Shown piece after piece: positions 18,114-27,557 of a DNA stretch of 64,000 nt. Below the pieces are notes generated by a model. That model ran no database searches and was not told the DNA's origin. It saw only the letters and a list, made by a program, of their open reading frames with translations. Positions within the stretch are counted from its first letter, which is position 1. Each line of letters begins with the position of its first letter. The DNA comes from Coriobacteriaceae bacterium (GTDB taxonomy: Bacteria > Actinomycetota > Coriobacteriia > Anaerosomatales > SLCP01), in assembly GCA_003563465.1 (NCBI GenBank), contig PWVH01000129.1, positions 429 through 64,428 of the forward strand, written 5' to 3'. Made by a program: the position numbers and the translations under genes.

Positions 18114-18794
18114 CTAACCCCTTGCGAAGAAGTACCCTACGCCTCTGATGGTCTGGATGATGGTGTTCTCACGATCGGAGATCTTGTTTCGCAGATGACA
18201 GACGAACACCTCTATGACGTTGCTGCCCGTCGCGTTCCCCGATCCCCACACCGCTTCCAGAATCTCATCACGAGGGATAACTCGCCCTGCGTTGCGTACC
18301 AGATACGCAAGCAGATCGAACTCTTTGGCGGTGAGGTCCAGGGGATTGCCGTCACGCGCCGCCCGTCTGGATAGCATGTCGACTTCGATACCGCTAGCCA
18401 CTAGCTTCTGGCCGCCCCGGTCCCGCTCGGTACGCTTCAGCAGTGCCCTGACCCGAGAGAGCAGTTCCGGAATCTCGAAGGGCTTCTTCAGGTAATCATC
18501 CGCTCCCGCATCGAACCCTTCGACCACGTCATGGGTCTCAGCCTTTGCGGTGAGCATCAGTATGGGTACCGCGCTCTCGGAGTCCCGCAACCTTCGGGCC
18601 ACTTCGATGCCGTCGAAGCCCGGTAGCATCAGGTCGAGGATGAGCAGATCCGGCTCTTCGGCGGCTATGGCTTCTAGAGCAGAGGAACCGTCGTCAACCC
18701 TGCTGACCTGATATCCCACATGCATGAGCTCGAGTTCAACGAAGCGGGCTATTGTGCGGTCGTCCTCTACGACCAGTATCTTCTCGCCACTCAT
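18114..18794 (-). CDS. OmpR/PhoB-family response regulator
   Basis: KILVVEDD...DLLILDLMLPG receiver and a winged-helix C-terminus (TIRGVGY). Start at ATG 18794 with GGGAGGCGTG upstream. Its stop abuts the kinase start. Confidence 0.9.
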   Translation of the reverse strand: MSGEKILVVEDDRTIARFVELELMHVGYQVSRVDDGSSALEAIAAEEPDLLILDLMLPGFDGIEVARRLRDSESAVPILMLTAKAETHDVVEGFDAGADDYLKKPFEIPELLSRVRALLKRTERDRGGQKLVASGIEVDMLSRRAARDGNPLDLTAKEFDLLAYLVRNAGRVIPRDEILEAVWGSGNATGSNVIEVFVCHLRNKISDRENTIIQTIRGVGYFFARG

Positions 18795-18847
18795 CACGCC
18801 TCCCGCTGTCGTGGTCGAGCCTCCCAGTCGATGATACACGCTTTCTG

Positions 18848-19882
18848 TCAGGTTCTTACCAGCCCCATCAGAGTCTCCGCGATCTGCACGGCGTTCAGGG
18901 CTCCGCCCTTTCTCAGCTGGTCTGACACAACCCACATCGAAACGCCACCCGGCACGGTCGGGTCGATCCTAAGACGTCCCACGTATGTCTCGTCGGTGCC
19001 CTCCAGCATTGCCGGCATCGGATACTTCGACTCGGAGGGTTCGTCCATAACCACAACGCCTGGCGCCACCTCGAGCGCCGCGCGCACTTCGGCCAAGGTG
19101 ACTTCGCGTGTGAACTCCACGTTGAGCGCCTCGGAATGACAGCGTAGCACGGGCACTCTCACGCATGTAGCGTTAACCGCCAGATCGGGAGCATGCATGA
19201 TCTTCCTTGTCTCGACGACCATCTTCCACTCTTCTTTGGTGGAACCGTCATCGAGGAAGACATCGATCTGGGGGATGCAGTTGAACGCGATTCTATGGGC
19301 GAAGTGTTCGGGTTCGTAATCCTCGCCCAGAAGGAAACTGCGGGTCTGCTTGTAGAGCTCATCCATCGCCGCAGCACCGGCACCTGATGCCGCCTGGTAT
19401 GTGGAAGCGATCACCCGTTGGATCGGGGCGAGGTCGTGCAGCGGTTTGAGCACTACGACCATCTGGATCGTAGAACAGTTGGGGTTCGCAATGACGCCGG
19501 AGTGCCAGGCGACATCCTCCGGATTCACCTCGGGAATCACCAGCGGCACGTCGTCTTCCATTCTGAATGCCGAGGAGTTGTCGATCATCACGCAACCGGA
19601 AGATACCACCGTCTCGCGAAAGCGCCTGGATACCGAAGCTCCGGCACTGAAGAGTGCGATGTCCGCCTCCTCGAAAGAGCGCTCAGTCATCTCCTCGACG
19701 ATCAGCTCACCGTCACGGAAGGGCAGACGCATGCCGGCGCTGCGGCTGGAGGCGAGCGCCACAACCCGCTCCGCTGGAAAGCAGCGCTGCTCCAGGACCT
19801 CGAGCATCTCGCGCCCGACTGCGCCAGTAACCCCCGCCACTGCCACCACCGGCCAATCCGGCAGAGGCCTATCCCACACCAC
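18848..19882 (-). CDS. asd: Aspartate-semialdehyde dehydrogenase
   Basis: VAVAGVTGAVG Rossmann N-terminus, NPNCSTI active-site Cys motif, and the lysC-asd order. Confidence 0.95.
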   Translation of the reverse strand: MVWDRPLPDWPVVAVAGVTGAVGREMLEVLEQRCFPAERVVALASSRSAGMRLPFRDGELIVEEMTERSFEEADIALFSAGASVSRRFRETVVSSGCVMIDNSSAFRMEDDVPLVIPEVNPEDVAWHSGVIANPNCSTIQMVVVLKPLHDLAPIQRVIASTYQAASGAGAAAMDELYKQTRSFLLGEDYEPEHFAHRIAFNCIPQIDVFLDDGSTKEEWKMVVETRKIMHAPDLAVNATCVRVPVLRCHSEALNVEFTREVTLAEVRAALEVAPGVVVMDEPSESKYPMPAMLEGTDETYVGRLRIDPTVPGGVSMWVVSDQLRKGGALNAVQIAETLMGLVRT

Positions 19883-21143
19883 CGTCAGCTCCCTCCCCGC
19901 AGGCAGGCGAAGCTTCTGCGCTAATCTCCTCGCTGTCGAGCCCGAAACTGCTGTGCAGCGCCCGAACCGCTCGTTCGACCTCAGCAGCAGAGATCACGCA
20001 AGAGATGCGTATCGACGAAGTCGCTATCATGTCGAGGTTCACACCCGCGTCGGCAAGTGCACGGAACATTTGTGCAGCGACGCCCGGGTGAGTCTTCATC
20101 CCTGCACCTATGAGCGAGACCTTCGCCACCGATTCGTCGAGGCTCCACCGGCGTGCGCCTAGCTCGAGCACGACCTTCTCCGTTGCCTTCTTGGCTCGGG
20201 CCAGGTCTTCTTTGGGAACCGTAAAGGATATGTCTGTCGTACCCGACTCAGAAACGTTCTGGATTATCATGTCCACGTTCGCGTTGGCGTCAGCGAGCGT
20301 GCCAAAGACCGATGCGGCCACCCCGGGACGGTCGGGCACGTCGCGGATCGTGATTTTGGCCTCGGATATGTCGTGGGTGACACCGGAGATGATCGCCTGT
20401 TCCATGCTCTCGTCCGCCTCCTTGACGATCGTGCCGGGTGTGTCTTCGAAACTCGAACGGCAGTGTATCGCCACACCGTGATTGCGTGCGAACTCCACCG
20501 CTCGAAGCTGTAGAACGCGTGCTCCGGTCGCAGCCATCTCGAGCATCTCCTCGTAGGAGACAACGTCGATTCTGCGTGCCGAGGGCACGATTCTCGGATC
20601 CGCAGTATAGACCCCATCGACGTCCGAGTAGATCTCGCAGACCTCGGCTCCTATACCCGCCGCCACGGCTATCGCGGTCGTATCCGAGCCGCCTCGACCC
20701 AATGTCGTGATGTGGCCATCTTCAGTGACCCCCTGAAAACCCGCTACTATCACGATCAAGCCCTGGTCGAGTGCTGCGCGCACGCGCTCGGCCCGAACCT
20801 CGCGAATCTTTGCTTTGGTGTGCCCCGAGTCAGTGACTATCCCTACCTGAGGTCCAGTGAACGAAATCGCCTGGTGGCCCAGGGAGTGTATCGCCATGGC
20901 TAGCAGGGCGATCGTGACCTGCTCCCCAGTCGCAAGAAGCATGTCCATCTCGCGCTCGGGAGGATAGGGTGAAATCTCTTCGGCCATTGCGACCAGTTCG
21001 TCCGTTACGTCTCCCATTGCGGAAACTACCGCTACAACGCCGCTCCCGACCTCCTTCAGAGCGATGAGACGCTGCGCGACCCGCATGATCCGTTCGGTGT
21101 TGACGACAGATGTACCGCCGAACTTCATGACTACGAGGGACAT
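19869..21143 (-). CDS. lysC: Aspartate kinase (with two C-terminal ACT domains)
   Basis: VVMKFGGTSV, LGRGGSDTTA and ACT repeats. Start at ATG 21143 (GGAGG 7 nt upstream). The ORF-track extension is unsupported. Confidence 0.95.
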   Translation of the reverse strand: MSLVVMKFGGTSVVNTERIMRVAQRLIALKEVGSGVVAVVSAMGDVTDELVAMAEEISPYPPEREMDMLLATGEQVTIALLAMAIHSLGHQAISFTGPQVGIVTDSGHTKAKIREVRAERVRAALDQGLIVIVAGFQGVTEDGHITTLGRGGSDTTAIAVAAGIGAEVCEIYSDVDGVYTADPRIVPSARRIDVVSYEEMLEMAATGARVLQLRAVEFARNHGVAIHCRSSFEDTPGTIVKEADESMEQAIISGVTHDISEAKITIRDVPDRPGVAASVFGTLADANANVDMIIQNVSESGTTDISFTVPKEDLARAKKATEKVVLELGARRWSLDESVAKVSLIGAGMKTHPGVAAQMFRALADAGVNLDMIATSSIRISCVISAAEVERAVRALHSSFGLDSEEISAEASPACGEGADGGVG

Positions 21144-21212
21144 CGAGTTGCCTCCGGTTCCGTGCCCTCCGGGGCCGCCATGAGCCCCGAAAGTCGCGCA
21201 TAGTGTAGCATC

Positions 21213-21252
21213 CGCGAAAACCAAGGAGGGCCCCGGATTCGAATCAGGGGCC
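21213..21252 (-). terminator. Probable intrinsic terminator after the oxidoreductase beta-subunit gene
   Basis: The minus strand reads GGCCCCTGATTCGAATCCGGGGCC, a GC stem, followed by CTCCTTGGTTTTCG. Confidence 0.45.
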
Positions 21253-21297
21253 TTCCGAGACAAAGACAGCATTACTACGAGTCAAGGCCGGATACTG

Positions 21298-22227
21298 CTA
21301 CTCTCCGCAGCGACCGAGGATGTACTCCCAGTGGGCATCCACTTCGGCCTGTATCTCTGCCAGCAACTCGGCGTTCTCGGGCTTGAGCAGATGGCGGAAG
21401 CGGCCCTGGGACTTCAGGAACTCCTCTATCGGCTTGCGCTCGCGCACCTTGACGGTCATGCGCCACACACCGTCCTCAACCTCGAACAGCGGCCAGTATC
21501 CTGTCTGTACTCCGACCTTCGCGATCTCGACCGATTTGTTGTAGGCGCAACGCCAGCCACGAGGGCAACTTGCAAGGACGTTCAGGAAAGCCGGCCCTTC
21601 GACAGCGAACGCCTTCTCGGATTTCGTGGTGAGATCCTTCCAGTGGCTTATCGACGCCTGCGCCGCGTAGGGAATGCCATGAGCCGCTATGATCGAAGTC
21701 AGATCCTTCCGCTTCTCGATCTTGCCTTGCTGGGCTTTGCCGACCTCTGCGGTGGTGGCCCAAGCGCCTCTTGGTGTGGCCGAAGAGCGCTGGATGCCAG
21801 TGTTCATGTAGGCACCGTTGTCGTAGCACACATACACCATGTCGTGCCCTCGCTCCATCGCCCCGGAGAGCGCCTGGAGACCTATATCGTAGGTGCCTCC
21901 GTCCCCGCCGAACGCGACGAACTTGACCTTCTTGTCGGCAGGAATCTTCCCGGCTCGCTTCAGTCCTTTGAAGGCAGCCTCGACGCCCGAAATCGTAGCC
22001 GAGGAATTCTCGAACGCGTTATGGATGAAAGGAACCTTCCACGAAGAGTAGGGATAGATGGTGGTGGAGACCTCCAGACACCCGGTCGCGCACCCGGCGA
22101 TGACTGGATCCGTTCCGGCACCCAGAAGAATCTGCCTGACGGCGATCGAGGCGCCACAGCCAGCACACAACCGATGACCACCTTCTAGGCGATCCTCCCG
22201 GTGAGTAAGCTCACGCAGTGTAGGCAT
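21298..22227 (-). CDS. porB: Pyruvate/2-oxoacid:ferredoxin oxidoreductase, beta (TPP-binding) subunit
   Basis: CAGCG...GCLE, FGGDGGTYDIG (TPP motif), 309 aa. Confidence 0.9.
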   Translation of the reverse strand: MPTLRELTHREDRLEGGHRLCAGCGASIAVRQILLGAGTDPVIAGCATGCLEVSTTIYPYSSWKVPFIHNAFENSSATISGVEAAFKGLKRAGKIPADKKVKFVAFGGDGGTYDIGLQALSGAMERGHDMVYVCYDNGAYMNTGIQRSSATPRGAWATTAEVGKAQQGKIEKRKDLTSIIAAHGIPYAAQASISHWKDLTTKSEKAFAVEGPAFLNVLASCPRGWRCAYNKSVEIAKVGVQTGYWPLFEVEDGVWRMTVKVRERKPIEEFLKSQGRFRHLLKPENAELLAEIQAEVDAHWEYILGRCGE

Positions 22228-22239
22228 TTCCGCTCCCTC

Positions 22240-23427
22240 CTACCGCGCACCGAGATACTGCATGCCGTGCAAAGATGCAGAACCCGCGGCGATGTCGGAC
22301 AGATCGGTGTAGACAGTGCGGATGAGGTCGAGCCGCACGTCGCTTCCGCCAAGACCGTAGATGTAGTTGACGACGGGAACACGGCTCTCGAGATCGTACA
22401 GCGCACTGCGCGTCTCGAGAAAAACGGGCCCGCCCTCGGCTCCGAAGGAATCGGCGCGGTCGAGAACGCCGACGGCCTTCATATCAGAAAGCGCGCTTAC
22501 CATTTCTTCTACCGGGAAGGGCCGGAAGCACCGGATCTTCACGAGACCCGCTTTCACGCCCTCCGCACGCATCTGTTTGGCCACGTAACGCACGTTACCG
22601 GCAGTCGAACCGAGAACGACGATCGCGACTTCCGCATCGTCCATCATGTCGGTCTCGATCAGGCCGAACGGCCGGCCGGAAAGCTTGGAGAAGGCTTCGC
22701 CAACCCGCTCGATCACGCCCTTCGAGCAATCGATGGCAAGGCGCTGGGTCTTCTTGAACTCGAAGTAGGGGCCGCCTAGACCGGCAAAGTTGCCGTGGCT
22801 TACTGGGTTGTCGGTGTCGAGCAGTGCGTTCTGGGGCTCGTAGTCACCGACGAACGCGGTCACCGAGTCATCGTCCATCAGCTGTACCCTGTCTATCGAG
22901 TGCGTTGTGATGAAGCCGTCCAGGCAGGTCATCACTGGAAGCAGCACCTCTGGATCCTCGCCGATCGGCACGGCCATGATGGTGTTGTCGTAGACTTCTT
23001 GTGCGGTTTCGGCGAACAGTATTATCCAGCCGGAGTCGCGAGCGCCCATGACATCTGAATGGTCGCAGTGGATGTTGATGGGAGCGGAAAGCGCCCGGTT
23101 CGTGTTCGCCATGATGATGGGCAGGCGCATCCCGCTCGCGATGTACAGCTCCTCCCACATCAGAGCCAGGCCTTGGCTCGCAGTGGCGGTCATCACGCGG
23201 GCGCCCGCAGCCGCAGCGCCGATGCAAGCACTCATGGCCGAATGCTCGGATTCTACCGTGACGTACTCTGTGTGCACCCGCCCCTGGGCGACGATCTTCG
23301 CGAACTCCTCGACGATGGTGGTCTGCGGGGTGATCGGATATGCAGCGACCACATCGGGGGCGCACTGTCGAAAGGCCTCGGCCACAACGGAGTTGCCCGT
23401 AGTGGCTACAGTCTTCTGCTCGGCCAT
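22240..23427 (-). CDS. porA: Pyruvate/2-oxoacid:ferredoxin oxidoreductase, alpha subunit
   Basis: 395 aa with YPITPQT and the other alpha-subunit conserved blocks. Substrate (pyruvate versus branched 2-oxoacids) is not resolvable by eye. Confidence 0.9.
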   Translation of the reverse strand: MAEQKTVATTGNSVVAEAFRQCAPDVVAAYPITPQTTIVEEFAKIVAQGRVHTEYVTVESEHSAMSACIGAAAAGARVMTATASQGLALMWEELYIASGMRLPIIMANTNRALSAPINIHCDHSDVMGARDSGWIILFAETAQEVYDNTIMAVPIGEDPEVLLPVMTCLDGFITTHSIDRVQLMDDDSVTAFVGDYEPQNALLDTDNPVSHGNFAGLGGPYFEFKKTQRLAIDCSKGVIERVGEAFSKLSGRPFGLIETDMMDDAEVAIVVLGSTAGNVRYVAKQMRAEGVKAGLVKIRCFRPFPVEEMVSALSDMKAVGVLDRADSFGAEGGPVFLETRSALYDLESRVPVVNYIYGLGGSDVRLDLIRTVYTDLSDIAAGSASLHGMQYLGAR

Positions 23428-23428
23428 G

Positions 23429-23758
23429 CTACTTCACCTCCGGGAGTTCGCAGCCCTCGGGCACCATCGTGATGGCCTCCACGGGACATTCGTTGGCGCA
23501 GACACCACAGCCTTTGCAGTGGTCGAGATCGAAAGTGTCGTCGGCCAGTTTCTCGTTCTCAACCCGCACCGCGGTATCCGGGCAGAACACCCAGCAAAGA
23601 AGACAATCTGTGCACGTCTCCACATCACGGACGGGACGCTCGCTACGCCAGCCACCGGTAACATAGTCGCGCGAGTTGCCAGCGTCCGGAATGACACCGC
23701 GGAGGGGGAACTGCTCCGCTTTCCAGGCGTTCATCTTCGAGATATCCCATTTGCTCAT
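23429..23758 (-). CDS. porD: Pyruvate/2-oxoacid:ferredoxin oxidoreductase, delta (2x[4Fe-4S]) subunit
   Basis: 109 aa with CTDCLLCWVFCP and CKGCGVCANECP. Confidence 0.9.
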   Translation of the reverse strand: MSKWDISKMNAWKAEQFPLRGVIPDAGNSRDYVTGGWRSERPVRDVETCTDCLLCWVFCPDTAVRVENEKLADDTFDLDHCKGCGVCANECPVEAITMVPEGCELPEVK

Positions 23759-24330
23759 GCTACGACCACCTCCTCGTATGCGCGATCCACTGATGCAATA
23801 TTGGCGTCGATGATCTCCTGGCCGAACTTCTTGCCGAAGGTCACCTCAAGTAGCGACTTCACCGTGTCTATGTCTACCGCCTCCGTGACTTTGGCGAGTG
23901 CGCCGATCATCGGAGTGTTCGGGATGTCGCGCTTGATAGTATCTAGAGCGATGCCCGAAGCATCCAGGCACGCGACGGTGACGCCATCCGCCACCCCTAA
24001 AGAGCGCTTCGCCGCATCAGGGGGAGTGCAGGTGTTTATGATGACCGTTCCATCGTCGACCAGGCCCTCGGTGACATCCACGACGTCGAGCAGGGAATCA
24101 TCGAGGACGATAACCACATTGGGGTGCTCGATGTTGCAGTGGATGTCGATGGGGTCGGGACTGATACGGGTGAACGCCTTGATCGGAGCTCCCATACGCT
24201 CGGGGCCATACTCGGGCATCGCCTGCATGTACTTGTCTGCTGCAAGCGCAGTCTCGGCCACCAGTTTGGCGGCGGTCACTGCTCCTTGGCCGGCACGTGC
24301 ATGCCAGCGAATCTCGGTGAGTTGCTCCAT
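23755..24330 (-). CDS. porG: Pyruvate/2-oxoacid:ferredoxin oxidoreductase, gamma subunit
   Basis: 191 aa with HARAGQG...AA motifs. 4-nt overlap with the delta gene. Confidence 0.9.
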   Translation of the reverse strand: MEQLTEIRWHARAGQGAVTAAKLVAETALAADKYMQAMPEYGPERMGAPIKAFTRISPDPIDIHCNIEHPNVVIVLDDSLLDVVDVTEGLVDDGTVIINTCTPPDAAKRSLGVADGVTVACLDASGIALDTIKRDIPNTPMIGALAKVTEAVDIDTVKSLLEVTFGKKFGQEIIDANIASVDRAYEEVVVA

Positions 24331-24510
24331 TCTCTTCCCTTTCTCGCTTCACCGCCGCCCGGGCTTGAGCTTTGGAGCCGGTGTCGGCGCGACATATGCG
24401 GGCAGGTCACCCAAGGATACGGGGGTGACGACGGCAAGCGGATTCGCAGGGCCGGTCAGCGGCTTTCACAAATCGGTAAGCGGTGAACAAATAATGGAAA
24501 CTCCCAACGT

Positions 24511-25107
24511 CTACAGTTCTCTACGCGCCTCCAAGGCGCGCCCCAGGGTCACTTCATCGGCGTAGTCAAGGTCTCCTCCGACCGGCAAGCCCGAGGCGAT
24601 TCGGGTCACCTGGACTCCGAGTGGCTTGAGAAGACGGGCGAGATACAGCGCCGTGGTCTCCCCTTCAACCGTCGGATTGGTAGCGATTATAACCTCGGTG
24701 ACCTCTCCTTGAGCGAGGCGGTCTAGCAACTCGCGTACGCGAAGCTGTTCCGGACCGATCCCATCCACCGGCGAGATGACGCCCCCCAGCACATGGTAAA
24801 GACCGCGAAACTCGCCTGTGCGCTCGACCGCCGCCACATCTCTTGTTTCCTCGACAACGCAGATGATCGATACATCGCGTTCCGAGTCGGCGCAGACCTC
24901 GCACACTTCACCCTCAGCAAAATCGAAGCAGAGCGGGCAGAAGTGAATCGCTCGTTTGATGTCGAGAAGCGCCTCGGCCAACCGTTCGGCCACCTCCTCG
25001 TCGGAGCGCAAGACGAAGTAGGCAATCCTCTGAGCTGATTTCGGACCGATGCCGGGAAGCCGCTCGAGTTCATCGAGCAGTCGCGCTATCGGGGCTGCAT
25101 ATCGCAC
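24511..25107 (-). CDS. recR: Recombination protein RecR
   Basis: [11 protein letters not shown] helix-hairpin-helix, CxxC...CxxC zinc finger, and a Toprim region. Confidence 0.95.
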   Translation of the reverse strand: MRYAAPIARLLDELERLPGIGPKSAQRIAYFVLRSDEEVAERLAEALLDIKRAIHFCPLCFDFAEGEVCEVCADSERDVSIICVVEETRDVAAVERTGEFRGLYHVLGGVISPVDGIGPEQLRVRELLDRLAQGEVTEVIIATNPTVEGETTALYLARLLKPLGVQVTRIASGLPVGGDLDYADEVTLGRALEARREL

Positions 25108-25117
25108 TTTGCGCCCG

Positions 25118-25432
25118 CTACATTAGGCCGGGGATGTCCATACCCCCGGTTACGGCTGCCATCCTCTCGGAGGCCATCTCTTGAGACTGTCGGATGGCCT
25201 CGTTCACAGCAGCTGCAATCAAGTCCTCTAGCATGGCGACGTCATCTGGATCGACCGTCGCCGGATCGATGACTACCCGCTCCAGCCTTGTGTCTCCAGT
25301 CATCACGGCCTTGACGGCACCGCCACCGACCGAGGCTTCCACGCGCTCTTCGGCAAGCTCGGCCTGAACGCGGGCCATCTCCTCCTGCATTTTCTGCGCC
25401 TGCTTCATCATGTTGGCGAAGTTGGGTTTCAC
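25118..25432 (-). CDS. ybaB: YbaB/EbfC nucleoid-associated protein
   Basis: 104 aa, [12 protein letters not shown]... typical of the family. Lies in the dnaX-ybaB-recR order. Confidence 0.95.
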   Translation of the reverse strand: MKPNFANMMKQAQKMQEEMARVQAELAEERVEASVGGGAVKAVMTGDTRLERVVIDPATVDPDDVAMLEDLIAAAVNEAIRQSQEMASERMAAVTGGMDIPGLM

Positions 25433-25436
25433 GCTA

Positions 25437-27263
25437 TCAATCCTTCCTCTCGGGTTGATGCGGCTGTTCAGAAATCACTTCTGCCCCGAGACCTTCGACG
25501 AGCAAGCGCTCTAGCTCGTCGCTGGCTGAGGCATCCGCCCGTTCGGACAACGGCTCTGTCAGGGACTGTGGGGGCGTCTCGTCGTCGTCAACAACTGGCA
25601 GAACCTCGGCACTCGGCTCTGATGGCTCGGGTGTGGACTCCGCAGATCGCACTGCTCCGCGCCCAAGCTGGTAGCGGAAGGGCGGAGTCCCTCCCAGTAC
25701 GGTCGCCAAGGCCCGTCGCACCAAGTCTACGTTGTCGGGATCGCCTGCCTGCTTCATGGGGAACTTCGCACCTGCCGGGAATTCGACGACCAGAGTCTCC
25801 CCGTCGACGTCGACATCGGCTTCCGTCCCGTCGAATATCGCCCCTCGTGCCGCCTTGAGCTTGCGTATCTCCGCCACTACCGCAGGCCAAGACCGTTTCA
25901 TGTGGGCTCGGTCGAGCTGCCCGGTCGACGCAGCAGACTTGATGCCCTCGGTTTCGGTCTCAGTCGTCTCGGGTGTCGCCGCAGCCTCTTCGCCGGGCTC
26001 GGAGACGAGTTCCTCGCAAGCTTCGTGAACAGGCTCGCCGGGTGAAGGAGCTGACGGCTCCTCGAAATCGGAGTCCGCCTCCGAAGATGCGGGCAGGAAC
26101 TGTGGCGCCGTTAGCGCAGCCCCTGACTCGAGTGCGGCGACACGCTCGGCGATTGCTTCCAAGGTCAGTTCGCCTTGCGGACGCGCAAGACGGGTGAGCG
26201 CGACTTCCAGCACGAGGCGTGGATCCGGGCTCCATCTGAGCTCGCCGCTCACTTCGCCCAAAACGTCCAGCACACGAGCGAGGCGATCCGGCCCGAACCC
26301 GGCCGCCTGCCTTGACGAGCGGACCGCCTCTTCACCGGTCATGTCGACGATTTCCGCAGCATCCCCGACGGCTGCCAAAACGTACAGATCGCGAATGTGA
26401 CCGACCAATTCACGCACGAACTCGGGGATGTCGACGCCGGCTGCGCTCAACCGCGCGACGAATCGGAACGAACCGGCTACATCACGGGCGGCTATCAGGT
26501 CGGCTACCTCGAAAAGAAGGGCGCTGTCCACTTCGCCAAGCAGGCTCTCCACATCTTCGAGTGAGATCCGCCTCCCGGTGAAGGCTGCGAGCTGCTCAAG
26601 AGTGGAGATGGCATCGCGCATACCCCCACCTGCGTGCTTGGCCACGAGTGCTAGGGCCCCCTCGGCCACTTCCATGCCCTCATCGGTGACGATGCGCTCG
26701 AGACGCTCGACAAGCCGGTCCACTCCGATGCGATGGAAGTCGAAACGCTGGCAGCGAGAATGAATCGTCTCGGGCACTTTGTGCGGATGTGTGGTGCACA
26801 GCACGAACAGGGTGTGAGATGGTGGCTCCTCGATGCTCTTCAGAAGTGCGTTGAAGGAGTGCGTCGAGAGCATATGAACCTCGTCGATGATGTAAACCTT
26901 CCAACGACCTCGTGTGGGCGCATACGCGAGACGCCCGATGATCTCCTCGCGCACGTTGTCGACTTGCGTGCGCGATGCCGCATCGAGTTCGTGTACGTCC
27001 GGATGGCGTCCTTCGGCCACATCCTTGCACTGTTCACAAGTGTTGTCGGGGTCAGGCGTGGGGCCCTTCTCGCACTCGAGAGCCTTCGCCAGGATTCGTG
27101 CAGTGGTGGTCTTTCCAGTGCCGCGAGGACCTGTGAAAAGATAAGCGTGCGACACCGTCCCTTCGGCCACCGCGTTGCGCAACGTGCGCGTGACGTGTTC
27201 TTGTCCGACCACATCATCGAAACTCTGAGGACGATACTTGCGATACAGGGACTGGTGACTCAT
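25437..27263 (-). CDS. dnaX: DNA polymerase III subunit gamma/tau
   Basis: True start is MSHQSLYRKYRPQSFDDVVGQEHV (ATG 27263, GGAAGGGA upstream), followed by GPRGTGKTT. The 296-codon ORF-track extension covers the SRP RNA and a divergent gene. Confidence 0.95.
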   Translation of the reverse strand: MSHQSLYRKYRPQSFDDVVGQEHVTRTLRNAVAEGTVSHAYLFTGPRGTGKTTTARILAKALECEKGPTPDPDNTCEQCKDVAEGRHPDVHELDAASRTQVDNVREEIIGRLAYAPTRGRWKVYIIDEVHMLSTHSFNALLKSIEEPPSHTLFVLCTTHPHKVPETIHSRCQRFDFHRIGVDRLVERLERIVTDEGMEVAEGALALVAKHAGGGMRDAISTLEQLAAFTGRRISLEDVESLLGEVDSALLFEVADLIAARDVAGSFRFVARLSAAGVDIPEFVRELVGHIRDLYVLAAVGDAAEIVDMTGEEAVRSSRQAAGFGPDRLARVLDVLGEVSGELRWSPDPRLVLEVALTRLARPQGELTLEAIAERVAALESGAALTAPQFLPASSEADSDFEEPSAPSPGEPVHEACEELVSEPGEEAAATPETTETETEGIKSAASTGQLDRAHMKRSWPAVVAEIRKLKAARGAIFDGTEADVDVDGETLVVEFPAGAKFPMKQAGDPDNVDLVRRALATVLGGTPPFRYQLGRGAVRSAESTPEPSEPSAEVLPVVDDDETPPQSLTEPLSERADASASDELERLLVEGLGAEVISEQPHQPERKD

Positions 27264-27337
27264 CTGATCCCTTCCACACTCCGACAGCTTGCGTATCAGA
27301 CCCCGAGTATAGCGGGACGCACCGATGGGGCATCGGA

Positions 27338-27458
27338 CATGCAACGCCCCCGAGCGGGGCCCGAACACCCGGCAGAGGACGCTTATGGCTGCTTCCTCCC
27401 GGATCTGACCAGGTTCACGCCTTACCGCCGTCCGGACCCCGCTCGGGGGCGTCCATGC
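27338..27458 (-). ncRNA. ffs: Signal recognition particle RNA (small/4.5S-type)
   Basis: Minus strand contains CCUGGUCAGAUCCGGGAGGAAGCAGCCAUAAGCG, near-identical to the E. coli 4.5S domain IV CCAGGUCAGGUCCGGAAGGAAGCAGCCAAGGCAG. It is closed by a perfect 16-bp helix ACGCCCCCGAGCGGGG / CCCCGCTCGGGGGCGT. TATACT (-10) lies at 27474-27469. Immediately upstream of dnaX, the classic synteny. Ends are good to about +/-5 nt. Confidence 0.85.
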
Positions 27459-27557
27459 GCGAGCGTACAGTATATGCCCGGCGGTTGTCTTCGGCCACAC
27501 ATCCGCTCGTTCACTGCCTTTCCGGGGAACACTATTGTTACACGGGAAGGAGGCCAG

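Noticed and set aside
21229-21252. tRNA-like T-loop sequence (GATTCGAATC) suggesting a tRNA or tRNA remnant.
   Set aside because: There are no acceptor, D or anticodon arms in the flanks. The sequence forms a simple GC hairpin followed by a U-rich stretch, so it is a terminator after porB.
23048-24565. 505-aa plus-strand ORF opposite porA/porD/porG.
   Set aside because: Ser/Ala/Thr-rich, with no recognisable domain. The opposite strand carries four strongly conserved oxidoreductase subunits.
26733-27557. N-terminal 275 codons of the 664-aa plus ORF.
   Set aside because: It is antisense to the conserved AAA+ core of dnaX. The real gene starts at ATG 27558 behind GGAAGGAGG.
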